Of a stretch of 64,000 nt of DNA, positions 18,594 through 29,118 are shown piece by piece; the stretch's first letter is position 1; each line of letters opens with the position of its first letter. The notes under the pieces are model-generated. The model did not search any database. It was not told the origin of the DNA and saw only the letters and a program-made list of their open reading frames with translations. The position numbers and the translations under genes are program-made. The stretch comes from a virus, in IMG/VR virus record IMGVR_UViG_3300033407_000001, positions 7,824 to 71,823 of that record; one strand, 5' to 3'.

Positions 18594-18842
18594 TCATGAA
18601 AATTCATTATCCCGATCACCAATGAGTGCTTTCGCCGTCATCTTCTTCTGGAGGCTTGCATAGATGCGAGATGTTGACCTTAGGTCTACTGCGGCCTTGT
18701 CTAAATTTCGCATAGTATCCTCGGGTACGATCCCAGCACCATCAGCCCCACGGGCGCGGTATACAGCTGACTCCGCTGTATGATGAGCAAGTGAGGCAGC
18801 CAGAAGGTTGTCCATGGCTTTCTGTAATTCAGTCAGGCTCAC
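18594..18842 (-). CDS. Hypothetical protein
   Basis: Tiling ORF. Confidence 0.55.
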   Translation of the reverse strand: MSLTELQKAMDNLLAASLAHHTAESAVYRARGADGAGIVPEDTMRNLDKAAVDLRSTSRIYASLQKKMTAKALIGDRDNEFS

Positions 18843-19183
18843 TTTTTCTTCTTCTCCCTATCCTCTACAGCGCGGCCAAGTCGTTCCCTGAACTCCATTG
18901 CTTCGGGGCCGGAAAGAACTTCTGAAAGGAAGAATTGACCGACAGGGCTCCCTAGCCATTGAATGGCTGTATTGGCGACCAGCCAGTCTCGCTGCGAGAG
19001 CTGCGGATCAGGGATTCCCTTATTGGACTCATCCATGAGGTAGTCCAGGGTTGACTTGGCATTCACTGCCGACGGAGAAAATGAGCTGTTGATCGTCTGC
19101 CAAGCCTCGGCAAACCGTTTTTCGAGCGGATCACTGGCATAGCGATGTTTGCCCATGCCCTGGAATTGCTTTTTTATCTTCAT
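18839..19183 (-). CDS. Hypothetical protein; partial paralogue of 20457..20918
   Basis: Class-B promoter; shares RDWLVANTAIQWL / [13 protein letters not shown] motif with 20457..20918. Confidence 0.75.
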   Translation of the reverse strand: MKIKKQFQGMGKHRYASDPLEKRFAEAWQTINSSFSPSAVNAKSTLDYLMDESNKGIPDPQLSQRDWLVANTAIQWLGSPVGQFFLSEVLSGPEAMEFRERLGRAVEDREKKKK

Positions 19184-19215
19184 AATCGGTTAAACACTTC
19201 AAAGGCCTGATAATT

Positions 19216-19551
19216 TCAGGGATATCTGGCTTTCTTATCCTCTTTTTGTTTTTCCCTGTATTGACGCTGATATTCGCGACAGTCATTGCACATTTTCATG
19301 CCCCTAATCGCAGGGGCTTTCTTGCATTGCCTGCAAATCTGCTGGCGTGGACCGACCGATGGCGCATCCTTAGTCTGGTCTTCTTCTCGATACAGGATTA
19401 TGACTGCTCCGCAGTCTCGATCTGGCCCGGCATTACCAAGGGGGACACATCTGTCTATTTGGATATCCCCCTCGGCCTCAAGCCACTCATTGAGGCGGTC
19501 CTCGATAGCCTGGACGTTGGCCAGGTTATATGAGATCACTTTAGCCTTCAT
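19216..19551 (-). CDS. Hypothetical protein with C-terminal CxxC...CxxC
   Basis: Tiling ORF. Confidence 0.6.
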   Translation of the reverse strand: MKAKVISYNLANVQAIEDRLNEWLEAEGDIQIDRCVPLGNAGPDRDCGAVIILYREEDQTKDAPSVGPRQQICRQCKKAPAIRGMKMCNDCREYQRQYREKQKEDKKARYP

Positions 19552-19567
19552 CGCTGGCAGATCTGAC

Positions 19568-19912
19568 CTAGGTGTAGTTGCCGGTGGCTGGAGTTTCCTG
19601 TTTTTGCTCTTTTAGTTTATTTCTGATCCACTCATGCAGCATGGGAGCCTTGAACTCCCACCTGCTTGAGCCAATAGGAGCGATGATGTCTCGTTGAAAA
19701 TCTTGGTATAGATTCAGCGCCATATCATCACCGCAGAAGTCCGCGAGAATTGCCAACGCTAATTGACCGGAACCCGAACTCTCTAATCCCCATTCATAAC
19801 CAGTGTTCGACAGGGGTCGGATATCAGTGCGAGCTGGCAGCTCCACATTGTCGCAAGTCACAAGACATCCGTTTGGAGTCCTGAGACCTCGATAGCTAGC
19901 TTCTGCTTTCAT
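19568..19912 (-). CDS. DUF6166-like protein
   Basis: YEWG..SSGSGQLALAILAD motif. Confidence 0.6.
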   Translation of the reverse strand: MKAEASYRGLRTPNGCLVTCDNVELPARTDIRPLSNTGYEWGLESSGSGQLALAILADFCGDDMALNLYQDFQRDIIAPIGSSRWEFKAPMLHEWIRNKLKEQKQETPATGNYT

Positions 19913-20460
19913 AGATTGTTCTCTTGCTGAGACGTGGTCGTCTCTTTGTGATACGGCGCTTTGCAGCCCCGTTCAAGTTCATAGGAATATATAGCCTGGT
20001 AGAGTTGCCTATTCCAGTGCGCATCCGCAAGGGCATTGTGCGCATCGGTTGGATCTGTCGGCTTAATTTCTGGTCTTCCGCACTGAATCCACCATTGCTG
20101 GAGATCCATGCATAGCATAGGGAAGCCATGCGGTAGGTCAATCATGCCGCCCCAAAGCCAACAGAAAGCGACCCAATCATAATCGGCATAATAAGCCCAG
20201 AACTCAGCGAGTAAGTCGCCACCTACGAAGGCAGCTATCTCGTCCCTGATGGTGGCTCTTGTTTTGCGATGTTCCTCTGGCCCAAGGAGAGGGATAACGT
20301 TTGCCCTGACCCAGTCATTGCAGTTGAAGATAGCGAACTCATTCGACTCGGCATAATACTCCCTGCCATCCTCCGCCACGAGACCTATGCTGATGAGATC
20401 GATAGTCGGAGAATGGTCGGATCCAGTTTCGGCGAACTCTGTATCTAAGTAATATTTCAT
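19909..20460 (-). CDS. DEDDh 3'-5' exoribonuclease (Rv2179c/DUF5051-like)
   Basis: YYLDTEF, LISIGLVAEDGREYYA, HNALADA. Confidence 0.85.
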   Translation of the reverse strand: MKYYLDTEFAETGSDHSPTIDLISIGLVAEDGREYYAESNEFAIFNCNDWVRANVIPLLGPEEHRKTRATIRDEIAAFVGGDLLAEFWAYYADYDWVAFCWLWGGMIDLPHGFPMLCMDLQQWWIQCGRPEIKPTDPTDAHNALADAHWNRQLYQAIYSYELERGCKAPYHKETTTSQQENNL

Positions 20461-20918
20461 GATTTATCTTCTCTACTCTCTCTATCCTCGTCCCACTTGG
20501 TGTATTTGAAGCCTGCTGCTTCGAGCACACTCATGCCGACGTTGGTGGCCAGCCATTGGACAACCGACGTCGCTACATACCAATCCCTGGCTGATGGCCG
20601 TGCCGGATGTTCACTTTCACGTCTTTCGTCTAGAATCTGCGAAAGTCTATGATCGTCAATGGCCTTCTTCCAGGCCATCACTATCCTGGTTTCCCTAGGG
20701 TTGTGACCATTGTGAACGCGGTAGTTCATAGCCCCTTCGTATCGCCACTCGGTTGAGTGGCGCAGAGCAGCTACGGCGCGGCATGGACTGCAATAGCATG
20801 GAACTTCTTTGTCCTCCGGGAATTCCAGGAACTCGCACTCATCCATGGCGACACGCTCTAGGACGGCTCGCATATGGAACATCTGAGCTTCAATAGACTC
20901 GTATTGAGGATCTGTCAT
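20457..20918 (-). CDS. Hypothetical protein
   Basis: Tiling ORF; motif shared with 18839..19183. Confidence 0.65.
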   Translation of the reverse strand: MTDPQYESIEAQMFHMRAVLERVAMDECEFLEFPEDKEVPCYCSPCRAVAALRHSTEWRYEGAMNYRVHNGHNPRETRIVMAWKKAIDDHRLSQILDERRESEHPARPSARDWYVATSVVQWLATNVGMSVLEAAGFKYTKWDEDRESREDKS

Positions 20919-21760
20919 ACCGAAATCTGAAACTTGATCGCAGGGTCAGGGTCGTAACCGACGAGGCGAATATCTTCGGCAACCATCCTATCCAGTGGCC
21001 TGCCGTTAAGATAAACCTGCGGCAACTGGCGAGGCTCACGAGTGAGCTGCTCTCGAATGCCTTCTATGTGATTTTGGTAGATGTGAGCATCGCCAATGGT
21101 GTGTACAAGGACACCAGGATTAAGGCGAGTGAAGTTGCCGGGTTTCATACTGCATTCCTGCGCTATCATGTGCATAAGGAGTGCGTAGCTTGCGATGTTG
21201 AAAGGGACGCCTAAGGCCAAATCAGCGGAGCGCTGGTACATTTGGCAGTCTAGGTACTCACCCTGGCGAACATAGAACTGAAACATAAGGTGACACGGAG
21301 GAAGGGCCATGTCATCAAGGGCGGTGACATTCCATGCGCTCACGATATGCCGACGGGACTCGGGGTTGGTTTGAATGGAGTGAATCACCTCGGATATCTG
21401 ATCGATCCCAGGTTCGAGTAATTGCTCCTCAGCCTCTGCTCGGGTCTTGCTCCAATCCTCTGCACCCCAGTTTCGCCACTGGCTTCCGTAGATAGGCCCG
21501 ACATTACCATCGGCATCGGCCCATTCATTCCAGATTTTGGAGTCGAGAGTATTTATGTTGGTGCCACCCCTAAGGAACCAGAGCAACTCGGCGACGATAG
21601 CCTTGAAGTTGACCTTCTTAGTGGTGAGGAGAGGGAACCCTTTCTGCAGATCATAGCGGGTTTGGGTGCCAAAAATGGACCGTGTGCCAGTGCCAGTGCG
21701 GTCGCCGCGATCTGTGCCATCCTTTAAGACTTGTTCTATTAGTTCAAGATACTGTTTCAT
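20915..21760 (-). CDS. thyA: Thymidylate synthase
   Basis: [36 protein letters not shown]. Confidence 0.98.
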   Translation of the reverse strand: MKQYLELIEQVLKDGTDRGDRTGTGTRSIFGTQTRYDLQKGFPLLTTKKVNFKAIVAELLWFLRGGTNINTLDSKIWNEWADADGNVGPIYGSQWRNWGAEDWSKTRAEAEEQLLEPGIDQISEVIHSIQTNPESRRHIVSAWNVTALDDMALPPCHLMFQFYVRQGEYLDCQMYQRSADLALGVPFNIASYALLMHMIAQECSMKPGNFTRLNPGVLVHTIGDAHIYQNHIEGIREQLTREPRQLPQVYLNGRPLDRMVAEDIRLVGYDPDPAIKFQISV

Positions 21761-21769
21761 GGTGTCGCC

Positions 21770-22372
21770 TTATGAAGATCTAATAACAATCGCTCTACTA
21801 TTATCTCGGCATGCTCGGAGCAGGTTGTAGCATTTTTCTTTGCTAAGCTTCTTTTTTGATTCATATAGAGACTCAATTTGATCCCAATTGTCAATCAGGA
21901 GAGCCCATTCAGGGAATTTCTCGGAGACCTCGCTTAACCTGCTCTTCCACTCAGGGAAGAGCTGAAGCAAGCGATAACATCGGCCAAAGTCATCTAAATC
22001 GTATGGTATTCCATTGGAGCGAACAGGAATATCAGTCATCACTCCGAAGATAGTTTCCGAGCTAATGCCTGTATCGAGACCGTAATACCAGGAGAGATGC
22101 TTTTCTCGGTCTGAGTCCTTGGCCTTTAGGGTCGCCAGTTCAGCTTCAAGTTCGGCTATTCGTGCCCTGGCTATTGTCTGATACTCCACGTCCCCGCATT
22201 GAACGCACAGCCAGTTGTTCTCATCGCCTGCCTTGTAGTCATCTTCGGTCATTTCTTCGCAACCTTTACAGGGTCCCTTGGCGTATCCTAGGATCTCTTC
22301 ATCATTTCTCAGCATATAATCTGAGAAGAGTTCGATACTGAGCGTGCCTCTTTTGGCTTTTATAATGCTCAT
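21770..22372 (-). CDS. Phage hypothetical protein
   Basis: DTGISSETI...PYD.DDFGRCYRLL motif. Confidence 0.65.
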   Translation of the reverse strand: MSIIKAKRGTLSIELFSDYMLRNDEEILGYAKGPCKGCEEMTEDDYKAGDENNWLCVQCGDVEYQTIARARIAELEAELATLKAKDSDREKHLSWYYGLDTGISSETIFGVMTDIPVRSNGIPYDLDDFGRCYRLLQLFPEWKSRLSEVSEKFPEWALLIDNWDQIESLYESKKKLSKEKCYNLLRACRDNSRAIVIRSS

Positions 22373-22566
22373 TTGTTTCTCGGCAGGGTGTTCCGCAGCT
22401 TGACGGCATCAGGTTGGCTAATCCCAGTTGGACCTCTCATCCCGCAAAAGTCGCAGACAACCCATCCGTACCAGGCGAAAGGAAATGGATCTCTAGTCAC
22501 CACAGGCGGCCCACCTGAGCATTCAGGGTTTGGGCACGATTTTAGATCTGATTCTTCTCTGCCCAT
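22369..22566 (-). CDS. Small Zn-ribbon protein (Lar-like CP.C...CxxC)
   Basis: LKSCPNPEC...VVCDFCGMRGP. Confidence 0.45.
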   Translation of the reverse strand: MGREESDLKSCPNPECSGGPPVVTRDPFPFAWYGWVVCDFCGMRGPTGISQPDAVKLRNTLPRNK

Positions 22567-23063
22567 TTTCTTGCTTTAACAACTTTGTCAGAGGGTCCCA
22601 TGAAGCGAAACGTATGGCCACCAAACGTATGGCCAATAACTAATTTACCTCGATCAACAAATCTCTGAGATAACATCACAGCCTGGGGCCTATCAAAAGC
22701 ACCGGGCTCTATTTCGTAGGCTTGAATTTCCTGCTGCTTAGTGAACTCGGTCTTCCCATTGGTTGGCGCAAAAATGACACCGAGCTTATCTGGTCTATCG
22801 CCGCTACCACCGAGTCCATTCTGCCAGAGACAATAGAAGCTGCGGCAATGCTTTGGCCTAGTCGCGTAAATGCCGCAGCCTTCGTGGCTCAGATGGTCGC
22901 ACGGCACCCAGGGATCTTTTTCAATTTCCTCGACGCCTAGTACGGTACAGCATTCCGTGCAGCCATCACATGGTCGTACTTGATCGGCTATTGGTAGCTT
23001 CTTAAGCTGCGCAAGCTTGGTTTTCTTACGAACCTTACGCTTCTCTTTGTTATTCTTTCCCAC
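22542..23063 (-). CDS. YkgJ/UPF0153 Cys-cluster protein
   Basis: CDGCTECC...C..L...GCGIYATRPKHCRSFYC. Confidence 0.8.
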   Translation of the reverse strand: MGKNNKEKRKVRKKTKLAQLKKLPIADQVRPCDGCTECCTVLGVEEIEKDPWVPCDHLSHEGCGIYATRPKHCRSFYCLWQNGLGGSGDRPDKLGVIFAPTNGKTEFTKQQEIQAYEIEPGAFDRPQAVMLSQRFVDRGKLVIGHTFGGHTFRFMGPSDKVVKARKWAEKNQI

Positions 23064-23520
23064 GGTCTATCTTGCCCAGGCGATTATACCAGCCAGCAAC
23101 CTCTCGGTCGGAAACCCATCTCTCCGGAACGCAGCCATGTGGACATCGCATCCTGTTATTGTCAACCATTCCGTAAAGACGGCAGATAAGTGGGCGGGAC
23201 TCATGAATGCCGCACCGTTTATCTTTGGTCAACGCCGGGCAGGTATAGTCGTCATGTCCGCATAAAAGATTGCCATCTGGCATCTCTCCAAGAAGAGGAT
23301 TTGTTGAATTATTGGATGGGTTGGCGACGAATCGTACGACTTCTCCTAGGTATCCTTTATGAGCCTTTCTGACGATAGGCATTTCGGCATCGACAACGGG
23401 TATGGTTCCGCACGTCCCATGGCATAGTCCTTTACACCAGATCCCAGGTATCTCCTTGTACAGCGCAAGAACCTTGGCGCGAGCGTCTCGACGCCGTTGC
23501 TTATCCTTTTTGCTGCTCAA
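23050..23520 (-). CDS. YkgJ/UPF0153 Cys-cluster protein
   Basis: CKGLCHGTC...CPAL....CGIHESRPLICRLYG. Confidence 0.8.
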   Translation of the reverse strand: MSSKKDKQRRRDARAKVLALYKEIPGIWCKGLCHGTCGTIPVVDAEMPIVRKAHKGYLGEVVRFVANPSNNSTNPLLGEMPDGNLLCGHDDYTCPALTKDKRCGIHESRPLICRLYGMVDNNRMRCPHGCVPERWVSDREVAGWYNRLGKIDRGKE

Positions 23521-24109
23521 CTTGCTCGCTTTGAAGCTCGGTAATCAGCAGTGGTAATAGGTTCTCGCGTAGGATCGTCAGGCATGGCGCCTCTTTGAGT
23601 GCGAAGTAGTGCTCGTAGATGTCAGATCCCAGGACTTTGAATATTGATTCTGGCATAGCCCAGTATGCGACCGATGGTCCGCCCTCGGAATACTCCATCA
23701 TAAGCATTTCAACGTCGTCCCAGGCTTCCCTGGCATCTTCGGCGGTGACACTGCCATCCCTCCGCAGTTCTAAGATACGATCACGAATTGCTTTCTCTGT
23801 GCCTTCTTCGTCTGGAAGCCTCCTTGCATCAGATGGCATGGAATAGCTGAGCTTGTTGGCCAGATAGTCAGCGTGCTCCGGATCCCTATCCCTTATGAAT
23901 TCAGTGAGGGTTGCGCCGTTACCAAGGTGTTCAATATTCCAGCGGTGACCCCAGCATCCCCAGTCAGACTGTACCGATAGCTCGCCGGTCTCATCGCAGA
24001 TAGTGAAGATGACCCATCCGCTTAAAGATCCCCTGAATACGAATCGATAGACATCGGCGGTGTGCCGGCACTTGGAATGAACCTGGAATTCCTGATTACG
24101 TCCAGTCAT
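23501..24109 (-). CDS. Phage hypothetical protein
   Basis: GELSVQSDWG motif; start moved to MTGRNQ. Confidence 0.65.
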   Translation of the reverse strand: MTGRNQEFQVHSKCRHTADVYRFVFRGSLSGWVIFTICDETGELSVQSDWGCWGHRWNIEHLGNGATLTEFIRDRDPEHADYLANKLSYSMPSDARRLPDEEGTEKAIRDRILELRRDGSVTAEDAREAWDDVEMLMMEYSEGGPSVAYWAMPESIFKVLGSDIYEHYFALKEAPCLTILRENLLPLLITELQSEQVEQQKG

Positions 24110-24965
24110 CGCCATCGCCCTCTGCCACGAACCTGTCAATTGAGTAAGAACCGTCATCGGCTATCACGAAAGTCCCCTGAACCCTCGGTAGATAGTATTC
24201 GGCGGCCCCCGTATAGACCTCGATGTCATCCGTGATCTGAGACCTCCCTGCGCCGTGCGTATGCCCGCACAGGACCGTTATCTTCTTCCCAGGGTGCTGA
24301 GCCGACCGTTCTTCGATCAGTTCTCCTGTGGCCTTACAGGAGAACCAGGGGAGCCAATCATCATTACTGTGCTTGCCCTGATGCCAGGTAGCCTCTCGCC
24401 ATGGTGGGACATGAGTCATTACGTACACATGTTGGCTTTGCGCAAGCGCTTGCGCGAGTATCGGGCCAAGGATGCTAGCCTCTTCATGGCCAAGTTTCTT
24501 TAGCATGGCCAGTCTCTTTGATCGGTCGCGCAAGATTCCAGCCTTTCTCATATCCTCGATAACATCCCAATCGTTGAGAATGACATTGGAATGGAGTCCA
24601 TCGCCAAGGAGTCCGTCCCCCCAGCCGTCAACTCCGATCAGTGACGCATGCGAGTTCATCTGGATGATGTTGCCAGATATGTAGAAGAGCTTGCCGTTAC
24701 CGGAGATTGTTTTTTTGTTGGCCCATCTCCTAACCCCTCCGATAGATCCACCATAGAAGTCATGGTTGCCAAGTACGTAGAAGATCGGAACTCCAACTCG
24801 CTCTTGTAGCTCAGGGAGTAGTGTCTTGATCTTGCTAGCGTTTGCTATATCACCCGTGATGAGAACGTTGTTTGGATTCTGAAGTGAAATCTCATCGGCC
24901 AGGCGCTTCCGCCCAGCATCGCTCGGGAACTCAAGGTGAATGTCGGTCAGCCAAGTCAATCGCAT
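24096..24965 (-). CDS. Calcineurin-like metallophosphoesterase (CpdA/Icc-like)
   Basis: TDIH, GDI, GNHD, HVPP, GHTH motifs. Confidence 0.92.
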   Translation of the reverse strand: MRLTWLTDIHLEFPSDAGRKRLADEISLQNPNNVLITGDIANASKIKTLLPELQERVGVPIFYVLGNHDFYGGSIGGVRRWANKKTISGNGKLFYISGNIIQMNSHASLIGVDGWGDGLLGDGLHSNVILNDWDVIEDMRKAGILRDRSKRLAMLKKLGHEEASILGPILAQALAQSQHVYVMTHVPPWREATWHQGKHSNDDWLPWFSCKATGELIEERSAQHPGKKITVLCGHTHGAGRSQITDDIEVYTGAAEYYLPRVQGTFVIADDGSYSIDRFVAEGDGDDWT

Positions 24966-24968
24966 GGT

Positions 24969-25256
24969 TCATACTCGATCTTTCTCGCCCACTACGATCG
25001 ATAGCGTGTACTTCTCTAGGGGATCGTCGATCACATTGCCACGTCCGTTGTCCACTTTGTAAGCAAATTCCATATGCCCATACTCAGTGTTGATGCCATG
25101 GTGGTTGCTCATCCATTCAACAATGGCTTCGAAGACTTCGAGCTGGGTCAGCTCATATATGGATTTCACGGCTTCACTTTCAACATACAAGGGGCGGAAC
25201 GGCCCATCCTGGTTGGTGGATGATTGCTTGGGCTGCGCTACGTGTATTGTTTTCAT
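24969..25256 (-). CDS. Hypothetical protein
   Basis: Tiling ORF. Confidence 0.5.
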   Translation of the reverse strand: MKTIHVAQPKQSSTNQDGPFRPLYVESEAVKSIYELTQLEVFEAIVEWMSNHHGINTEYGHMEFAYKVDNGRGNVIDDPLEKYTLSIVVGEKDRV

Positions 25257-25525
25257 TCCGGCTTAGGGATGGCCCGGACATCGGGAACTGGACTTAAGAT
25301 CTTCCGCTCCTGAATGTTGATTGTATTGCCAGACTCGATAAGGCTTGCAACGCAGATTTGTCGCCTGGCAGGTGACATGGCGACTACGTCATCGCTGGTG
25401 ATGGTGATGTTTGCAAATCCAGCATCACGTAGGGCTTCGTGGATAATATCCGCTATCGTTGATTTCCCAACCCCCGCCATACCAGCGACGATAATCTGAA
25501 TATGCTTTTCCTCGTTCATCAGCAC
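25253..25525 (-). CDS. Small protein with Walker A-like motif
   Basis: GMAGVGKST; too short for a full NTPase. Confidence 0.5.
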   Translation of the reverse strand: MLMNEEKHIQIIVAGMAGVGKSTIADIIHEALRDAGFANITITSDDVVAMSPARRQICVASLIESGNTINIQERKILSPVPDVRAIPKPE

Positions 25526-25550
25526 GTCATATTGTGCGGAAGGCCTATTG

Positions 25551-26297
25551 TCAATTACCCTGAGACAGGGCGCGGAGATACTCGATGGCCTGCTCTTTGC
25601 CGTAGGCGTGAGCCCCAGTCTCCCATATAGTGATGCGGTTGTCGTAAGCCTTCTTGAAGAGCACGGTGCCGTCGTGCTTAATCTGTGAGTTGCTCCAGTC
25701 GATATTGATCACTCGCTTGCGCCAGCCCATTCGAATGGGACCCCATTGTGTCTCCACGATGAACCATGGGTTGCTGTAGAGACCGGAGTGGTACTCGTTG
25801 GGGATGGCACGCATGGAAGTGTAGGGCATCTCTGAGCGTTCCATGACCTCCCTGAAGAACTCTTGCTCTCTCTCTATGACCCATAGCTTGTGACAGCTCT
25901 CATGGCGATGAGGAGCATCATCGCTTCTGTGCGGATGATAGTCGCTCACATTACGTAGATCCCATCCGCGAAGGCATCTGTCGCATCTCTCAACGATGGG
26001 CGGAAGATGGGCGTTGGTAGCCGACCATGAGCCTCCAGTAACCTCAGTCATTTCGGCCATGGTTGCCACAGTTCCAAGCTTGTAGCCCTTGGGATGATCC
26101 TTCGGAGCCCCCTCAATCAGCATGTCAAAGTTGCCATTGCAGGAGAGGCGGAAGTACCCGAGGACGCACCATTCCTCCATGGTCTCATTGCGTTTATACC
26201 CAGCCTCATGGCGGGCCTTGCGCAGTTCCTCTAGGCCGCCGATGCCCTTATTGGTGGCTTCCTCGATTCCCTCTTTTGTGTCGTACCAAGGTGTCAT
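25551..26297 (-). CDS. Phage hypothetical protein
   Basis: PNEY...PWFIVET.WG.I..GWRKRVINIDW motif; start moved to MTPWY. Confidence 0.7.
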   Translation of the reverse strand: MTPWYDTKEGIEEATNKGIGGLEELRKARHEAGYKRNETMEEWCVLGYFRLSCNGNFDMLIEGAPKDHPKGYKLGTVATMAEMTEVTGGSWSATNAHLPPIVERCDRCLRGWDLRNVSDYHPHRSDDAPHRHESCHKLWVIEREQEFFREVMERSEMPYTSMRAIPNEYHSGLYSNPWFIVETQWGPIRMGWRKRVINIDWSNSQIKHDGTVLFKKAYDNRITIWETGAHAYGKEQAIEYLRALSQGN

Positions 26298-26878
26298 CGC
26301 TTTTGCTCCGGTAATGAAAGTTTGTGGCAAAACAGCTCGCATCGGCACGGGTAGCACCCGCATGGACCGGATGCAATTGTGGCCTTTGCCGGTCTGCGGC
26401 GAAGGAGTCTATCCAGCCATGTTCTACGGCGCCGAGGCTCGATGAGGACAAATTTGATCTTGTCCTGGCTCTCGTTGAGATTATCGATGAGCTTCCTATG
26501 ATAGCTGGTCGGGGGGACTACATTTCTCCTTGGTGCCTGCGGATAGACTTCGACGATGCGACGGAAGTCGAGACCTGCTTGCTCCATTAGCTGGCTGAGG
26601 GGGATCTTTGCCGGGGCTCTGTACGAATGGTCCGGATTGGTAACTACCTCATCGTCCAGAAGCAGCTTGGAAATCCCATAGTATTTGCTGGAGGCATTGA
26701 GTTCCATGAGGGCTTTGTAAGAAACCACATTATTCTTTACGGCCTTTTTAGTAACGCCAGACAGTTCTGCTAGGGCCTTATATTGAGTGAGCCCTTCAAG
26801 GTCCTTCAACATGCCCTCCATCAGTTTCTGCGCAGCGGTAGCTCGCTCTTCATCACTCATCGGTGGTCCATAGGGCAT
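26294..26878 (-). CDS. Hypothetical protein
   Basis: Class-B promoter 6 nt before the ATG. Confidence 0.75.
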   Translation of the reverse strand: MPYGPPMSDEERATAAQKLMEGMLKDLEGLTQYKALAELSGVTKKAVKNNVVSYKALMELNASSKYYGISKLLLDDEVVTNPDHSYRAPAKIPLSQLMEQAGLDFRRIVEVYPQAPRRNVVPPTSYHRKLIDNLNESQDKIKFVLIEPRRRRTWLDRLLRRRPAKATIASGPCGCYPCRCELFCHKLSLPEQKR

Positions 26879-26909
26879 ATCCAGTAAACACTTGAGCTGG
26901 TTGAGAATT

Positions 26910-27230
26910 TCACTCGGTGTCTTCTAAATCAAACATTGCATCGTATTTTTTGGCATTTTCTTTGACCTCAGCTATCTCCTCTTCGGTCCAGTATTTTTGA
27001 TGCCAGCCAGGGCCATTCTCATGCCCGTCTTCGTTGCGAAACCATAGCTCTCCACACAGGTCACAGTGGACGCCTTTGACCTCGGCGGGAATCTCCTCAA
27101 GGCTCATGCCATACCAGTCCACGTCATCCTGCGTGAACCGCCAGCCGTTACTATGACGGCAGGGCCCCTCATCTGCATAGCGAGGCATGGCGGGTACTAC
27201 GATATGGGTGTCGCCTGGTTTCACCCGCAA
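26910..27230 (-). CDS. Hypothetical protein
   Basis: Tiling ORF. Confidence 0.55.
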   Translation of the reverse strand: MRVKPGDTHIVVPAMPRYADEGPCRHSNGWRFTQDDVDWYGMSLEEIPAEVKGVHCDLCGELWFRNEDGHENGPGWHQKYWTEEEIAEVKENAKKYDAMFDLEDTE

Positions 27231-27706
27231 TTCATCACAGCTTTGACTTTGACTGGCAGTTCGATGCCGAAGGCTTTGAATGCACCGTCTACCTGATTCA
27301 GGTATGACTGTAGTTGATCGCCGTCCAGGGTATCCTTGTCATTGTTTGGCCTGTCATCCGATCCAGCCTCAGCGACAGCTGCTCCGAAGAGCTGATTGTC
27401 GTTCTCGTAGCCAAACCGCCAGAAGCCAATGTCACCCCTGTCGGCTCTGAAGTATTTGCCACCATCCTCCATGAGTGACTCCCAAAGCTCCTCAGGCGAC
27501 TGCTCGTAGGCTTTTGCGGCGCGAAGCATTGCCTCAGTCCAGAGAAACTCAGCTTCTATGGTGCATTTCTTTCCGCAGTTACCGCAGAATGGTTTCTCCT
27601 GTTGACCATGCGCATAGCAGGAGAGCTTCTTCTCCCCTTCTTCGTAGAAGTGAGAGACTGGAACCTTTGCTCCGATGAATAGGTATGCTGTGTAATGTAC
27701 GCTCAT
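27221..27706 (-). CDS. Hypothetical protein with CxxH...CxxC
   Basis: Tiling ORF. Confidence 0.6.
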   Translation of the reverse strand: MSVHYTAYLFIGAKVPVSHFYEEGEKKLSCYAHGQQEKPFCGNCGKKCTIEAEFLWTEAMLRAAKAYEQSPEELWESLMEDGGKYFRADRGDIGFWRFGYENDNQLFGAAVAEAGSDDRPNNDKDTLDGDQLQSYLNQVDGAFKAFGIELPVKVKAVMNCG

Positions 27707-28563
27707 ACTTCAAGGTCCTGGTTGTCTACCCACCAGGTGATCAGGAAGCTCACGGCCTTCTCCTGGTAGCCTTTGCCTTTGTAGACGATCTGTCCGATCA
27801 CCATTGGGTCTTGGTTCCTGGCTCTACGGTTGGGTGAGACTCCGATTTGATCGAAGATCATCCGAGCCATCGCTGTTGATGTGTCGGTTAAGATCTGCGG
27901 CTTGGCCAGCTTGTACGGGAAGTCAACATCTCGCCAATCCTTGGCTACAGCCATGTTCTCGGTGTGCGACTTTCCTTCGCCGTCATCGATCTTCTTAACC
28001 GTGTGAGTCAGCTCCGGCCAAGGGTCAACATATTCTCCCTCACCAAGCACTGAGCGGTCGGTTTTATTCTCAAACTCACTGGGATCTGGCATCCCATATC
28101 GTCTAGAGGTGGACTCTGCCTTTGGTCTGAACTTGGTGGTTCTGATCGCAAAGATGTCCAGATCGAAGTTAGGGACGATGACATATCCAGCTTCGAGAGC
28201 TGCCCTCACCTTGAGGTAGTAATTGTATCGCTCCCTAGCATACCGGACGTTAGTCACAAAGCCAGTCTGTCGCCATCTTGACTTTTTAGCCTGCTCAAGG
28301 CTTTCGTTGGCCTCGGTTAGTTCGGCGAGCGACGTTTCCACCTTGTGAGAAGCCCAGTCACAGAGCTTCTTCTGCGCGACTTGCATCTCTGCAGGGTTTC
28401 GTGCAATTACGACTAACTTATCATCTCCTACCGGCTCATCCATGGGCAGATCTTTCCTGGGCAGTGGTTTCTTGGCTTTAGGCCTGACCGTCCGACCCTG
28501 AGAAAACCGCCCTTTGCGGGCAATGCTCTCACGGATTTGTTTTCTGTCCTTGCTGGCGGCCAT
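27703..28563 (-). CDS. Hypothetical protein
   Basis: 286-aa tiling ORF. Confidence 0.75.
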   Translation of the reverse strand: MAASKDRKQIRESIARKGRFSQGRTVRPKAKKPLPRKDLPMDEPVGDDKLVVIARNPAEMQVAQKKLCDWASHKVETSLAELTEANESLEQAKKSRWRQTGFVTNVRYARERYNYYLKVRAALEAGYVIVPNFDLDIFAIRTTKFRPKAESTSRRYGMPDPSEFENKTDRSVLGEGEYVDPWPELTHTVKKIDDGEGKSHTENMAVAKDWRDVDFPYKLAKPQILTDTSTAMARMIFDQIGVSPNRRARNQDPMVIGQIVYKGKGYQEKAVSFLITWWVDNQDLEV

Positions 28564-28626
28564 TACTGTTCGAGAACACCATCCAATGATGGGTGCCTAT
28601 TGTCAATCGCATCCGCCCATAACACA

Positions 28627-29118
28627 TCATCCATTTCTGAGCGCCTCCCATTCCTCTGGGGTTAACTTGTCCCTGGCGCTAACAATCAACTCTTCGCGCT
28701 TCTCTTGCATTCTGCGGGCTGCTGTAGCCCTATTGTCTTTGAGGGATTCCCACCAATCGAAGGCGTTGTCAGGTAGCAATTCGATCTGTCCCTTGTCCTC
28801 CAAGATTTGGCACGTAATCTCCAGCATGTTAGACACCCTCTCAAGATGAGCTGAGAGGTGAACTGGGTCTAAATCTTCTTCATCAAACATAGTAATAACC
28901 TTGTCTTGCTTAGGTTTTGGTTCTGTTTTATTCCACTTCCCTCGGTAGCGACTGATTACGTTTAGGGCTCTCCCGATGAATGAGGCAAGCTGCAGGGCAT
29001 GAGGGCTACATTTTTTACAGAACTTGTGATCGATAGCATTTGCCCACCAGATATTATTCTCTAGCGCATCTGCATCGTGCGACAATTGGCTTCGTGTCGC
29101 TGGGCGGCCCCTCCTCAT
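28627..29118 (-). CDS. Hypothetical protein
   Basis: Tiling ORF. Confidence 0.55.
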   Translation of the reverse strand: MRRGRPATRSQLSHDADALENNIWWANAIDHKFCKKCSPHALQLASFIGRALNVISRYRGKWNKTEPKPKQDKVITMFDEEDLDPVHLSAHLERVSNMLEITCQILEDKGQIELLPDNAFDWWESLKDNRATAARRMQEKREELIVSARDKLTPEEWEALRNG

